Source: an uncultured Candidatus Rokubacteria bacterium (GTDB taxonomy: Bacteria > Methylomirabilota > Methylomirabilia > Rokubacteriales > DASRDR01). From it: a stretch of 64,000 bases of DNA. Within the stretch, counting starts at the first letter, position 1. Each line of letters starts with the position of its first letter. The notes beneath the pieces were generated by a model, which was given only the letters and a program-made list of their open reading frames with translations, was not told the DNA's origin and ran no database searches. Shown here in pieces: positions 1-9,599 of the stretch. The stretch lies in the NCBI GenBank assembly GCA_963708025.1, contig CAVPSB010000002.1:256001-320000 (forward strand), written 5' to 3'. A program made the translations under genes and the position numbers.

Positions 1-1102
1 TGTACATCTCGAAGAGCATCTGGTGGTCCCAGTCGCGGAAGTAGCCCTCGCGCGTCCGGAGCACGTCGAACTTCGCCCCCTTCTCCAGATACTCGACGAG
101 CTTGACGGGGTCGGTCGACTTCGTCTCCGTCATCGCCTGGGCGACCACCCGGACGCCGAGATAGTCGCCGACCGCCTGGTTCTCGGGCGGCTTCCCCCAG
201 CGCTTCGTGAAGGCGGCCGTGAACGCCTTCGACTTCGGCGTGTTGAGCGCGTGGTGCCAGACGATTGGCCAGATGCCGCTGAAGCTGTCACGCCCGGCGC
301 CCCAGGCCATGACCGTGTCGAACCCGCCGCCGGCGAGCGGGAACGGCAGGTTGAACTCGTTGTACTGCTTCATGAAGTTGGTCGTCTGGTTGCCGGCCAG
401 GTTGATCACGACGAGATCGGGCCGCGCCTGCCGGATCTTCAGGATGTACGGGCTGAACTCCGTCACGTCGGTCGGCACCAGCTCGTTTCCGATGAAGGTG
501 CCACCATTCTCCCCCAGGTACCGCTGGGTGACGCGCAGGAGGTCGTGCCCGAAGGCGTAGTCGGCGGTCAGGGCCATCCAGCGCTTCCCCGCCACCATCT
601 TGTCACGCACGAGAGCGCGACCCACCGTCTTCACGTACATGGAGTTGGCCGCCTCCACGTGGAACATGAAGCGGTTGCAGGCCTTGCCGCGCAACTCGTC
701 CGAGTTACAGCCAGTCTGGAGGAACAGCATCTTCGCGCGGCCGGCCACCTGGGCGATCGCAAGGCCGGAGGCGGAGCTGATCTCGCCCAGCAGCAGGTTG
801 ACCTTGTCGCGCTCGATCAGCCGTTCGGCCTTGGCCGAGGCGGTGGCCGGGTTGACGCTGTCCTCGGCGATCAGCTCGATCTGACGCCCGAGGATCCCCC
901 CCGAGGCGTTGACCTCCTCGACGGCGAGCGTGACGCCCATCACCGCGTAGTCGCCGATCGGCCCCAGGAAGCCCGTCCGCGGCGCCAGGTGGCCGATCTT
1001 GATGGTGTTGCCTTGCGCCTTCAGGACGGCGGGAGCGCCGAACCCCGCCGCGAGGGCGGTGGCCGCGGCCGTCTTCAGGAAGGATCGACGCCCGATGTCC
1101 AT
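1..1102 (-). CDS. ABC transporter substrate-binding protein (LivJ/LivK-like), Tat signal; runs off window start
   Basis: Manual translation MDIGRRSFLKTAAATALAAGFGAPAVLKAQGNTIKIGHLAPRTGFLGPIGDYAVMG...GGILGRQIELIAED; twin-Arg motif RRSFLK. Confidence 0.9.
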   Translation of the reverse strand, partial: MDIGRRSFLKTAAATALAAGFGAPAVLKAQGNTIKIGHLAPRTGFLGPIGDYAVMGVTLAVEEVNASGGILGRQIELIAEDSVNPATASAKAERLIERDKVNLLLGEISSASGLAIAQVAGRAKMLFLQTGCNSDELRGKACNRFMFHVEAANSMYVKTVGRALVRDKMVAGKRWMALTADYAFGHDLLRVTQRYLGENGGTFIGNELVPTDVTEFSPYILKIRQARPDLVVINLAGNQTTNFMKQYNEFNLPFPLAGGGFDTVMAWGAGRDSFSGIWPIVWHHALNTPKSKAFTAAFTKRWGKPPENQAVGDYLGVRVVAQAMTETKSTDPVKLVEYLEKGAKFDVLRTREGYFRDWDHQMLFEMY

Positions 1103-1499
1103 GATGCTCTCTTCCTTTCCGCGCTAGTGAGCGATCGGGACGCCGCGCGTCCTGCCGCGCACCCGACGCGACCAGGCGCATAGGAACGATTGACGACACC
1201 TCGGGCCAGCGGACCTCCGACCAGGTCCGGCCTCCCTGACGCGGCACCCGGGACGGCCAGCCTCGTGGGGAAGGAAGGCGAGCATCGGGCTCGCGATCGC
1301 CCGCTGACCCCGAGCTATCCTGCGCCGGCGCGGACTCGGGGTCAAGGAGCGGGCGGAGGGGTGCGGCGGCGGGGTCCCGGCACCGACGCTCGACGCCCCC
1401 GGGACGGGCGTAGTATGACTGGAGGAGGGCGAGAGCACGATCCGGCGGGAGGGCTCGCGAGTGATCGAGCGTCCCCGGCGGGGCGCGGAAGGAGACGAG

Positions 1500-1967
1500 A
1501 TGAGCAAGGGCAGGACGAAGCCAGTCCCGGACGGATACCTGTGCGTGACGCCGTACCTCATCGTCGACGGCGCGGCCAAGGCGCTGGACTTCTACCAGCG
1601 CGTGTTCGGCGCCACCGAGCGGATGCGGATGCCGGGTCCCGGCGGAAAGGTGGGCCACGCCGAGATCAGCATCGGCGACTCGGTGATCATGCTGGCCGAC
1701 GAGCACCCGGAGATGGGGGCGCGGGGACCCCGGGCGTTCGGGGGCTCGCCGGTGAGCCTCCACGTCTATGTCCAGGACGTCAACGCCACCGTGAAGACCG
1801 CGGTGGCCGCGGGGGCCAAGGTCATCCGGCCCGTGGAGGACAAGTTCTACGGCGACCGGTCTGGCACCATCGAGGACCCGTTCGGACACCACTGGAACGT
1901 CGCCACCCACACGGAGGACGTGCCGTCCGACGAGATGGTACGCCGGGCCGCCGCCCTGGCCAAGTAG
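1500..1967 (+). CDS. VOC/glyoxalase (PhnB-like) protein
   Basis: VTPYLIVDGAAKALDFY...HAEISIGDSVIMLADE...FYGDRSGTIEDPFGHHW; GGAG RBS. Confidence 0.9.
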   Translation: MSKGRTKPVPDGYLCVTPYLIVDGAAKALDFYQRVFGATERMRMPGPGGKVGHAEISIGDSVIMLADEHPEMGARGPRAFGGSPVSLHVYVQDVNATVKTAVAAGAKVIRPVEDKFYGDRSGTIEDPFGHHWNVATHTEDVPSDEMVRRAAALAK

Positions 1968-2002
1968 CGGGCGGGGCCGATGAGTGTCGCATCGCGTCGT
2001 CG

Positions 2003-2130
2003 TTCGGACGGCCTTCGGCCTTTGGGGTCGTCGCCGATCCTCGGCGTACTCGGAGTACGCCTGCGGTCGGCGACTCCCTGCGTCCATTGGACGGCCTTCG
2101 GCCTGCGGGCGCTGCTCGCTCCTCGGCCCC
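2003..2130. repeat. REP-like palindromic element
   Basis: Two GGACGGCCTTCGGCC hairpins (about 2005 and 2089) around GGCGTACT-CGG-AGTACGCC; same GGCCTTCGGCC core at about 16313, 17516 and reversed at 29233. Confidence 0.7.
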
Positions 2131-2177
2131 GCCCGGGGGACCAGATCGTTCAGGGGGGATTCGATGGGAGGTGAGGC

Positions 2178-2897
2178 ATGTCCCGGTACTTCTGTCACGC
2201 GCATCCCGACGTCTTGACCGTCGAGACGCGGGTCCTCGACGCTCGGGCTGGCGCCGTCGTCCTGGACGAGACCCCGGCCCATCCCGGTGGCGGGGGCCAG
2301 CTCGCCGACCGCGTGCTCCTGCGCTGGAGCGGGGGAGAGGCCCGCGTCACCGGCTTCGAGCTGGCCGGCGGCCGGCTCTGGCACGTGCTGGCCGAGCCGG
2401 TCGAGGTCTCGGGGATCGTCGAGGTGCGCGTGGACCCGACCTTCCGCGCGCTGATGAGCGCGCTCCACACCGACACCCACGTGCTGAACGCCCTCGTCTA
2501 TCAGCAGTTCCAGGGGGCGCTGGTGACCGGCGCCCAGCTGAACGACGACGGGACGGCCCGGATGGACTTCGATCTCCCGGATGCCGACAACGACCGCCTG
2601 CGAGCCCTCGAGCCGGCCGTCAACGACGCGATCCGCCAGGATCTGCCGCTCCGGTTCGGCTACGTGCCGGCCGAGGAGGCCGCGCACGAGCCCGGGCTGC
2701 TCCGCAGCCGGTCGGTGGCGCCGCCGCCCGACGACGAGGGTCTCATCCGGATCGTCGAGATCGTGGGACTCGATCGGCAGGCGTGCGGGGGGACCCACCT
2801 CGCCTCTACCGGACTCTCGCGACCGATCCGGATCCTCAAGGTCAACAACAAGGGCCGCCACAACCGGCGCGTCCGCATCGGCCTAGCCAACGACTGA
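2178..2897 (+). CDS. alaX: Freestanding alanyl-tRNA editing protein (AlaX-M type)
   Basis: PGGGGQLAD, HxxxH (HTDTH) and CGGTH zinc motifs. Confidence 0.9.
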   Translation: MSRYFCHAHPDVLTVETRVLDARAGAVVLDETPAHPGGGGQLADRVLLRWSGGEARVTGFELAGGRLWHVLAEPVEVSGIVEVRVDPTFRALMSALHTDTHVLNALVYQQFQGALVTGAQLNDDGTARMDFDLPDADNDRLRALEPAVNDAIRQDLPLRFGYVPAEEAAHEPGLLRSRSVAPPPDDEGLIRIVEIVGLDRQACGGTHLASTGLSRPIRILKVNNKGRHNRRVRIGLAND

Positions 2898-2947
2898 GCA
2901 TCCCGGGGAGGGAAGGATTGAGATTCTCCGGCTCCGCCCTTCCCCCA

Positions 2948-3039
2948 GTCGCCGTCTATCGCGTCCGGGACGGCCAGGTCACCGAGGCCCGGTGCTACGT
3001 GGACGACACCCGCGACCAGTCAACCAGTTCTGGGCGTAG
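2948..3039 (+). pseudogene. C-terminal fragment of a SnoaL/NTF2-like protein
   Basis: VAVYRVRDGQVTEARCYVDD...(frameshift)VNQFWA*; no start codon or N-terminus. Confidence 0.5.
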
Positions 3040-3179
3040 ACACCCTTCAGGCGGGGTCGGTGACGGCGATAGGACGTTTCAACCTCCCACGCGTTCGGTT
3101 CCCTGTACAATTCGGTGCGAGGGGCTGGGCCACGGCGGGGTGCCCGCTGAGGACACCGGCGCCGAGACAGGAGGCGGTG

Positions 3180-3440
3180 ATGGTGGGATTTCTGGTCGGA
3201 GTGGTGGCAGGGGGGGTGGCCGTGTGGATGTACCGGCACCAGATCCAGGACATGCTGGGTGATCAAAGCTCCGGCGTGCGGACGAAGGCCGCCGACACGC
3301 TCGAGACCTTGCAGCACAAGACCGAGAGTGCCATGGACCGAGCCAAGGGCCGCATCGTGACAGGGCTGCGCGCGGGTCAGGACTACCTCAGGACCGCCGG
3401 ATCGAGGCCGGAGGACGGTCCGCGAGACGCACCACGGTAA
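3180..3440 (+). CDS. Small membrane-anchored hypothetical protein (YtxH-like)
   Basis: MVGFLVGVVAGGVAVWMY transmembrane segment then amphipathic helix; AGGAGG RBS. Confidence 0.65.
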   Translation: MVGFLVGVVAGGVAVWMYRHQIQDMLGDQSSGVRTKAADTLETLQHKTESAMDRAKGRIVTGLRAGQDYLRTAGSRPEDGPRDAPR

Positions 3441-3804
3441 CCGCGGCGCCCGCCGGGCGGACGTCACCCGGGCCCACTACCACGCCTCGAGCAGCGAGCG
3501 CGCGATGACCATTCGCTACTGACGGCGGGATGGTCAGGCCGAGCGCGTTGGCGGCCTTGGAGAGCTGCCGGTCTGAGCAGGCGGGCTGCGTGTAACCATT
3601 CTGACCCCCCGCCTCTCCGGCTTTCTCGCCAGGGACAGGTAGCGTCTCGTACCCGACGCCCTCCCCCACGAGCTTCACGCGCGCCTCCCGTCACCGGTCT
3701 CGGACTTCCGGTTCTTGTCCTCAGCCCCGCGGCGCCGGAGGGTCATCCGCCAGGTTCATCCATTGCGCGGGGGCGCCACCTGGTGCGATGATCCCCTGCC
3801 ACCG

Positions 3805-4090
3805 ATGACACCCGGCGAGACCCTGATCCGGGCCCTGTACGCCGCCCGCGGCCGGCGCGACCTCGACGCCGTCCAATCCGTGCTGACGTGGTCTGGCACG
3901 AAGCCGGCCAGTCCCCGCCCTACACCGGCGAGCTCCGCGGTCGCGAGGCGGTCCTGACCATGATCGCCAGGGCGATGGAGCTGACCGGCGGGACGTTCCG
4001 GCTGGACCTCGACGACGTGCTCGCCAACGACCGCCGCGTTGTCGCCCTCGTCGCGTGGTCGGCGGTCCGGGACGGGACCCGTCCACGATC
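3805..4090 (+). pseudogene. N-terminal part of a SnoaL/NTF2-like protein, frameshifted and truncated
   Basis: MTPGETLIRALYAARGRRDLDAVQSVL (frameshift) VWHEAG...YTGELRGREAVL...TGGTFRLDLDDVLAND. Confidence 0.6.
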
Positions 4091-4843
4091 GTGAGCGACT
4101 TCGACTACGTCGGATCCGAGCTCGAGATCTTCGCGGAAGCCATCCGCTGGAAGCGCTACTTTGCGGACGAGATGCGACCGTACCTGGGATCGAGGGTGCT
4201 GGAAGTGGGCGCCGGCATCGGCGGGACCACCAGGGTCCTGTGCCGAGGGAGCGAGGCGCGATGGCTGTGCGTCGAGCCCGACGCGGCGCTGGCCGAGCAG
4301 GTGCGCGTGCTCGTGAGCCACGGGACGCTGCCCCGGTGCTGCGAGGCCCGGGTCGGCACCCTGGCCGAGCTCCGCGATGAAGGGGCCTTCGACACGGTCC
4401 TGTACGTGGATACGCTGGAGCACATCGCGGACGATCGGGCGGAGCTCCGCCGAGCAGCGGGCCTGCTCGAAGGCGGGGGACACCTCCTGGTCCTGGCCCC
4501 GGCGCATCAGTGGCTGTTCTCGGCCTTCGACCGCAGCATCGGCCATCATCGCCGGTACACCCGACGGAGCCTGGCGGCGATCGGTCCGGGATCGCTGGAG
4601 CTGGTGAAGCTGATCTATCTCGACTCGGTGGGGCTGCTGGCGTCGCTGGCGAACCGCGTCCTGCTGCGCCGCCCGATGCCGACGCCACGGCAGATCGCCG
4701 TGTGGGACCGGGTGATGGTCCCGGCCTCCCGGGCGATCGACCCGGTCCTGGGTCGGGCGGTGGGGAAGTCGGTCCTCGCCGTGTGGAGAAAGCGTTCGGG
4801 CGAGGCGTCCCCGGGGGCCGCCGCCGGCGGCGCGCCGGGCTAG
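4091..4843 (+). CDS. Class I SAM-dependent methyltransferase
   Basis: VLEVGAGIG motif I, FDTVLYVDTLEHI, D..IGHHRRY; GTG start. Confidence 0.85.
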   Translation: MSDFDYVGSELEIFAEAIRWKRYFADEMRPYLGSRVLEVGAGIGGTTRVLCRGSEARWLCVEPDAALAEQVRVLVSHGTLPRCCEARVGTLAELRDEGAFDTVLYVDTLEHIADDRAELRRAAGLLEGGGHLLVLAPAHQWLFSAFDRSIGHHRRYTRRSLAAIGPGSLELVKLIYLDSVGLLASLANRVLLRRPMPTPRQIAVWDRVMVPASRAIDPVLGRAVGKSVLAVWRKRSGEASPGAAAGGAPG

Positions 4844-5484
4844 ACAGGCTCGAGCTCGACCGGATCGCCCAGGGTGACCCGGCCTCCGCGGAGAACGGAG
4901 CAGTCGAGGGCCATGACGCCGCCGAACTCCTTGACGATGCGCCGGAGGACGCGGTGATCCTGCTCCAGCGTGTCCGGGTCGAAGGTCGTCATCACGCAGC
5001 GCGGGCGGACCTGCTCGACTGCCAGCAGGGCCTTGCCCACGCGCAGCCGGTGGCCGGGCCAGGTGCGCTCGGTCAGCCCGTCGACGCCGCCCACGAGGAT
5101 GTTGGGTCGCAGCCGGCGGCGATCGACGCCGAGCGCCTCGACGGCCCCGTCCGTCGCGACCAGCAGGGGAAGGACGTCGAACCGCTCCGGGCCCTCGTGG
5201 CGCCGCAGCCGCGCTCCCGCGCCGGCCACGCGCTGGACCGCCCGGGCCACGTCCGGCGAGTGCCAGGGGTTGCCATCGACGAGGGGCTCGGCCCGCTCGG
5301 CGTCCCAGGTCGCCCGCAGACCGAGCAGCCCCGGCACCGTGCGGGCGGTGAGCGGGCGCCCTCGGGCGTCGGCGACGTGCACCAGACGGTCCCCGACCAT
5401 CCCGTCCTCGCGGATCTCGATGGCCTGGAGCGGCTCCCCCGCCATCGACTTCACCGGATACCTCCAGAGCTCGGCGACCAGCAT
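4840..5484 (-). CDS. MOSC domain protein
   Basis: LWRYPVKSMAGE, RRLRPNILV, RCVMTT. Confidence 0.9.
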   Translation of the reverse strand: MLVAELWRYPVKSMAGEPLQAIEIREDGMVGDRLVHVADARGRPLTARTVPGLLGLRATWDAERAEPLVDGNPWHSPDVARAVQRVAGAGARLRRHEGPERFDVLPLLVATDGAVEALGVDRRRLRPNILVGGVDGLTERTWPGHRLRVGKALLAVEQVRPRCVMTTFDPDTLEQDHRVLRRIVKEFGGVMALDCSVLRGGRVTLGDPVELEPV

Positions 5485-5500
5485 GTCACTCCTCTCCTAT

Positions 5501-5626
5501 CGAGACCTCCCGCCCACCCCCGCAACCCCCCTCCCGTTTGATCGTATCGCCGGGACGGCTCGGGCCTACGGCCCTCGCGACGTCCCGTCCCTCCGGCCGG
5601 CACCGGGGGGGAGGGGGGGCCGGAGC
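5501..5626. repeat. ~125-bp dispersed repeat, inverted copy at about 22331-22454
   Basis: TTGATCGTATCGCCGGGACGGCTCGGGCCTACGGCCCTCGCGACGTCCCGTCCCTCCGGCCGGCACC is shared almost exactly on the opposite strand. Confidence 0.9.
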
Positions 5627-5710
5627 TACCGATTCATTCACGAGCTCTCGGGCGTCGGGCGGCCCGGGGCGGTGGGTGGTCCCACCGCGCCCGGGCCGGC
5701 GTCGCGCGGA

Positions 5711-5890
5711 TCAGCCGCGCGGACGAATGGCCGCGCGGACCTTGGCCGCCGTCGCCTCGTCGACGCGCTCGATGCCGTGAGCCGCGCGGGCGTGCTCGCC
5801 CGCCTGGCGCAGGACCTCCTCGTCGGTCTCGCCGCGGGCCTCCGCCTGGCAGCCGGGGAACAGGTCGCCGCACTTCAGCACCTTCTCCAT
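5711..5890 (-). CDS. DUF1059-type small metal-binding protein (59 aa, absent from ORF track)
   Basis: MEKVLKCGDLFPGCQAEARGETDEEVLRQAGEHARAAHG...; C-x6-C plus HxxxxH; GAGGAG RBS. Confidence 0.85.
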   Translation of the reverse strand: MEKVLKCGDLFPGCQAEARGETDEEVLRQAGEHARAAHGIERVDEATAAKVRAAIRPRG

Positions 5891-5924
5891 GGTGAGTCTC
5901 CTCTCGTCCTGTGCGCCGCCGATG

Positions 5925-6086
5925 TCATTCCGGTCGAGCCATGGCTAGCGCTTGCTCGCGGGAGAGATCCAACTGGTGGACGTCCCGCGCATGCTGCTGG
6001 GCCCGGGCGACCAGGGCGGCCTCGTCATCGGCGCGGATGACGAAGCCGCAGGGGCAATGGATCGCTTTCCGGACCACCTTCTTCAT
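5925..6086 (-). CDS. Second DUF1059-like small protein (53 aa, absent from ORF track)
   Basis: MKKVVRKAIHCPCGFVIRADDEAALVARAQQHARDVHQLDLSREQALAMARPE; CxCG plus HxxxxH. Confidence 0.8.
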   Translation of the reverse strand: MKKVVRKAIHCPCGFVIRADDEAALVARAQQHARDVHQLDLSREQALAMARPE

Positions 6087-6146
6087 GGCTCGTCCCCCTT
6101 GTGCGAGACTCTAGACGGCGCACCTGGGTGCTTGCTTGGAGAAACC

Positions 6147-6926
6147 TTGGCGAAGAGCGTCCCGTTTCCCCTTCGGGTGTACCTCACCGGCCGGGTGGCT
6201 GTCGAGCTGCGCGGCCGGCTGCTCGACGAGCGCCAGCTCCCCGGGCGCCAGGGCCGGCTGGCCCTGGCGTACCTGGTCTTCGAGCGTGCTCGGCCGGTGC
6301 CCCGTGACGAGCTGGCGGACGCGCTCTGGGGTGAGGCGTTGCCGCCGGCCTGGGACTCCGCGCTCAGCGCCCTGGCCAGCAAGCTCCGTGGCCTCCTGGG
6401 ACCCGGCGTCTCGTCGGGCCGCTCGATGCTCGAGACCGGGGCCGGCGCCTATCACCTCCGTCTTCCCGCCGGGGCGTGGGTGGACGTGGAGGCGGCCCGG
6501 GAGAGCCTGGACCAGGCGGAGGGCGCGCTCCGCGCGGGGAGGCCGGGCGCGGCGGGTGGCCACGCGAGCGTTGCCGTGTCCATCGCCCGGCGACCGCTCC
6601 TGGCCGGGCTCGACGCCGACTGGATCCGGGTCCGACGCGAGGCCCTCGGCCACGTGCTCGTGCGCGCGCTCGACTGCCTCGGGGAGGTCGCGCTCGTCAA
6701 CCGCGAGCCCCGCCTGACGGCCCAGCTCGCTGCCGAGATCGTGCGGCTCGAGCCCTACCGCGAGAGCGCCTACCAGCTCCTGATGCGGGCTCACGCCGCC
6801 GCCGGCGATCGGGCCGATGCGCTCCGCGCCTACGAGCAGTGCCGGCGGCTGCTGCTCGCCGAGCTGGGGGTGGGACCCTCGCCGGAGACCGAGGCCGTCT
6901 ACCACGCGCTGGTCGGGCGGGGTTGA
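6147..6926 (+). CDS. SARP-family (wHTH plus BTAD) transcriptional activator; start uncertain
   Basis: RDELADALWGE..P, ALASKLR, EPYRESAYQLLMRAHAAAGDRADALRAYEQCR..L.AELGVGPS.ET. Confidence 0.9.
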   Translation: MAKSVPFPLRVYLTGRVAVELRGRLLDERQLPGRQGRLALAYLVFERARPVPRDELADALWGEALPPAWDSALSALASKLRGLLGPGVSSGRSMLETGAGAYHLRLPAGAWVDVEAARESLDQAEGALRAGRPGAAGGHASVAVSIARRPLLAGLDADWIRVRREALGHVLVRALDCLGEVALVNREPRLTAQLAAEIVRLEPYRESAYQLLMRAHAAAGDRADALRAYEQCRRLLLAELGVGPSPETEAVYHALVGRG

Positions 6927-7001
6927 CGCGCGTAGATCCCCGACTGGGCGGAGGCCTATTTCTCGCTGATCGCTCGGAACGAGCGGGATGAGGAGCACAC
7001 G

Positions 7002-8039
7002 GTGGCTCGCGAGCCCCTGCAGGGAACGATGGAAGTCCGGGACGTCCACCGGTTCGACGTGGCGGCGCTGGAGCGCTACCTGCGCGCCCACGCGCCGGGC
7101 TTCGCGGGGCCGCTGACGGTCCGCCAGTTCCGCGGGGGCCAGTCCAACCCGACCTACTACCTGGACACGCCGGAGCGGGACTACGTCCTCCGGCGCAAGC
7201 CCCCGGGCAAGCTCCTGCCCTCGGCCCACGCGGTGGACCGGGAGTACCGGGTGATCACCGCCCTGGCCGGGACCGACGTCCCGGTGCCGCGCACCCACGC
7301 CCTGTGCGAGGACCCGGAGGTGATCGGCACGATCTTCTACGTCATGGACTGCGTCAGCGGGCGCGTGCTTCCCGACCCGCGCCTGGCCGACGTCGCCCCC
7401 GCCGAGCGCGCCGCGCTCTGCGACGCCCTGAACGACGTCCTGGCGCGCTTGCACCGGGTGGACTGGAAGGCGGTCGGGCTCGCCGACTTCGGCCGGCCGG
7501 GCAACTACATCGCGCGGCAGATCCACCGCTGGACGCAGCAGTACCGCGCCTCCGAGACCGAGACGATCGAGGCGATGGAGCGGCTCATCGCGTGGCTCCC
7601 CGGCCACGTGCCGGCCGAGGAGGACACCACGATCGTGCACGGCGACTTCCGGCTCGGCAACACGGTGGTCCATCCGACCGAGCCGCGCATCCTGGCCGTG
7701 CTGGACTGGGAGCTGGCGACGCTCGGCAATCCCCTCTCGGACCTGGCCTACACCTGCATGGTGGACGGCTTGCTGGGCGCGGCCCCGGCGGCGCCGGGGA
7801 TGCCGTCCGGGCAGGAGTTCGTCGCCGCCTACTGCCGCCGGATCGGCCGTCCGGGGATCGAGCACTGGGACTTCTACGTCGCGTTCGCGATGTTCCGGCT
7901 GGCCGCCATCGTCCAGGGCATCATGGGCCGCGTCCTCGCCGGCACCGCCAGCGACCCCAACGCCCGCGAGCGGGGCGCCCGCGTCCGCCCCCTAGCCGAG
8001 GCCGCCTGGGCTCTGATCGAGCAGCGCCCCGGCGGCTGA
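7002..8039 (+). CDS. Phosphotransferase (APH/ACAD10-11 N-terminal-like)
   Basis: [41 protein letters not shown]. Confidence 0.92.
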   Translation: MAREPLQGTMEVRDVHRFDVAALERYLRAHAPGFAGPLTVRQFRGGQSNPTYYLDTPERDYVLRRKPPGKLLPSAHAVDREYRVITALAGTDVPVPRTHALCEDPEVIGTIFYVMDCVSGRVLPDPRLADVAPAERAALCDALNDVLARLHRVDWKAVGLADFGRPGNYIARQIHRWTQQYRASETETIEAMERLIAWLPGHVPAEEDTTIVHGDFRLGNTVVHPTEPRILAVLDWELATLGNPLSDLAYTCMVDGLLGAAPAAPGMPSGQEFVAAYCRRIGRPGIEHWDFYVAFAMFRLAAIVQGIMGRVLAGTASDPNARERGARVRPLAEAAWALIEQRPGG

Positions 8040-8239
8040 GCCCCCCGCCCGGGCCCGGGCCGCGCCTCACCTCGGGGCAAGTCACCGTGCGGCCTCGTGT
8101 TGCGCGGAGCTCGAGGGGTCGGCTATCCTGACCCTGTCCGAGGGGAGGAGATCGGTCCATGCTCACGCTCTCGCCTTACGGGGGCGAGCGGATTCGGTTA
8201 TCCTGAGCCTGCTGCATCAGTGCGGCCAAGGAGGCGCCG

Positions 8240-8422
8240 ATGTCGAGCGGCAGCACCAAGCAGAAAGTCCTCGAGGCGATAGAGACGTTACCACCAGATG
8301 CCACGCTGGAGGATGCTATCGAGCGCCTGGTTCTCCTGGCGAAGATCGAGCGCGGGTTGGCTGCGCTGGATGCTGGACAGGGCATCGACCACGCCGAGGC
8401 GAAGCGCCGACTTCTCAGGTGA
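8240..8422 (+). CDS. Putative type II antitoxin; cognate toxin truncated
   Basis: 60-aa LPPDATLEDAIERL..LAKIERGL...DAGQGIDH pattern; overlapping GTG ATC CGC ATC ATC start at 8419 that degenerates at once. Confidence 0.6.
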   Translation: MSSGSTKQKVLEAIETLPPDATLEDAIERLVLLAKIERGLAALDAGQGIDHAEAKRRLLR

Positions 8423-8527
8423 TCCGCATCATCGAGCGGCTCGGCCCAGGGCGGCCGGCCGCTCACCATCCACGTTCGACGCACCACGACCAGCCAGGCG
8501 CTGCGGCAACATCCGGTCGGGAGGATT

Positions 8528-8743
8528 ATGATGATTCGCACGGTTGAAGCTGTGGTCGACCCGAGTGGCAATGTTCGCCTCCTGGAGGACGTCCAACTTC
8601 CCGGACCGCGTCGTGCGCTCGTGACCATCCTCGACGATGCGCCGCGGAGCGAGGAGACCGCGCTCCTGAGCGAGGGGGCACTCGCAGATTGGAGCCGGCC
8701 AGAGGAAGACGTGGCGTGGTCACACCTTCAGCCGGCGGGATAG
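8528..8743 (+). CDS. Putative antitoxin upstream of a PemK/MazF toxin
   Basis: VEAVVDPSGNVRLLE...LLSEGALADWSRPEEDVAWSHL; overlaps the mazF-like start. Confidence 0.65.
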   Translation: MMIRTVEAVVDPSGNVRLLEDVQLPGPRRALVTILDDAPRSEETALLSEGALADWSRPEEDVAWSHLQPAG

Positions 8744-8821
8744 TTCTCGTTCCGTTTCCATTCTCGGATCTAGCTCATCGACGCGGTCGTCAGGATTCTG
8801 CGCAGCGCGGGCATCCATTGA
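8716..8821 (+). pseudogene. PemK/MazF toxin with internal deletion
   Basis: N-terminus VTPSAGGIVLVPFPFSDL joined out of frame to C-terminus IDAVVRILRSAGIH*. Confidence 0.7.
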
Positions 8822-8842
8822 AGATGGCGAACCGTAACGGGC

Positions 8843-8879
8843 GTCGAACAACGGCATGCACCCGACGGGCTTCGCCCGC
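8843..8879 (+). mobile_element. Truncated attC-like site (left half)
   Basis: GTCGAAC-AACGG-CATGCACC-CGACGGGCTTCGCCCGC gives R'' plus L'' plus hairpin; right half missing. Confidence 0.55.
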
Positions 8880-8969
8880 TGTCGCTCGAAACCAGAGAAG
8901 TTAGAGCCGCCGACCGTCGGACGCCCGGATGCCTCAGATCGCATTCGTGTTTCGCGGCGCCACGGCCGT

Positions 8970-9071
8970 GTCTGACTTCAGGCTGGACCCGCCGGCCTGG
9001 CAGGTTGCGCATTTCGGCGCTATTATTCGCCTGGCGGCGCGCTGGGCCGCGGGTCAGCCTGCGCGTTGTGC
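8970..9071 (+). mobile_element. Integron attC-like recombination site
   Basis: R'' GTCTGAC (one mismatch), 5-nt spacer, L'' GCTGGACC with extra G pairing L' GGTCAGC, 6-nt spacer, R' GTTGTGC; gene with RBS follows immediately. Confidence 0.65.
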
Positions 9072-9107
9072 GGACACCGTGAAGGCTCAGCTTCAGGAGG
9101 TCCATCA

Positions 9108-9590
9108 GTGACAGCTGGCCGGGAGCCCCATGCGACTCGAGCGGGAAAGAAGAAGCGTGATGCCGAGGCCCCGACGATTCGCGGGGCGTCCAGTCGCCGT
9201 TGTGGGCTGTGTGGCAAGACGCGCAAGCTGACACGAACCGAATGCTGCGGTCGCTGGATCTGCGACGACGAGGACTCGTACGTCCTCTTTTCCTATGCCC
9301 GGAATAGCTGTTTCCGCAACCACCGGCGCTATACACTCTGCGGCTACCATTCCTCAGAAGAACACTCTGGCGACTGGCGCGAATGTCAGCAGTGCCGCAA
9401 GGAGATCCAGGCGGAGATGTACGTCTACTACGGCACCAACGAGTACAACTTCGTCAAGCTGGAGAATCCCCCAAGTTACGAGCCGACGCTCTGCAAAAAG
9501 TGCGGCAAGGCCATTCGCCTCGCCGAGGACGCCTACAGCATGAAGGGCAAGGGCTACTACTGTGCGCGCTGCTCTCCCGTGTTGCGGTGA
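9108..9590 (+). CDS. Cys-rich hypothetical protein (probable Zn-binding cassette gene)
   Basis: CGLC, CCGRWIC, CQQC, CKKC, CARC; lower GC; AGGAGG RBS before GTG. Confidence 0.75.
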   Translation: MTAGREPHATRAGKKKRDAEAPTIRGASSRRCGLCGKTRKLTRTECCGRWICDDEDSYVLFSYARNSCFRNHRRYTLCGYHSSEEHSGDWRECQQCRKEIQAEMYVYYGTNEYNFVKLENPPSYEPTLCKKCGKAIRLAEDAYSMKGKGYYCARCSPVLR

Positions 9591-9599
9591 AGCGGTCGC

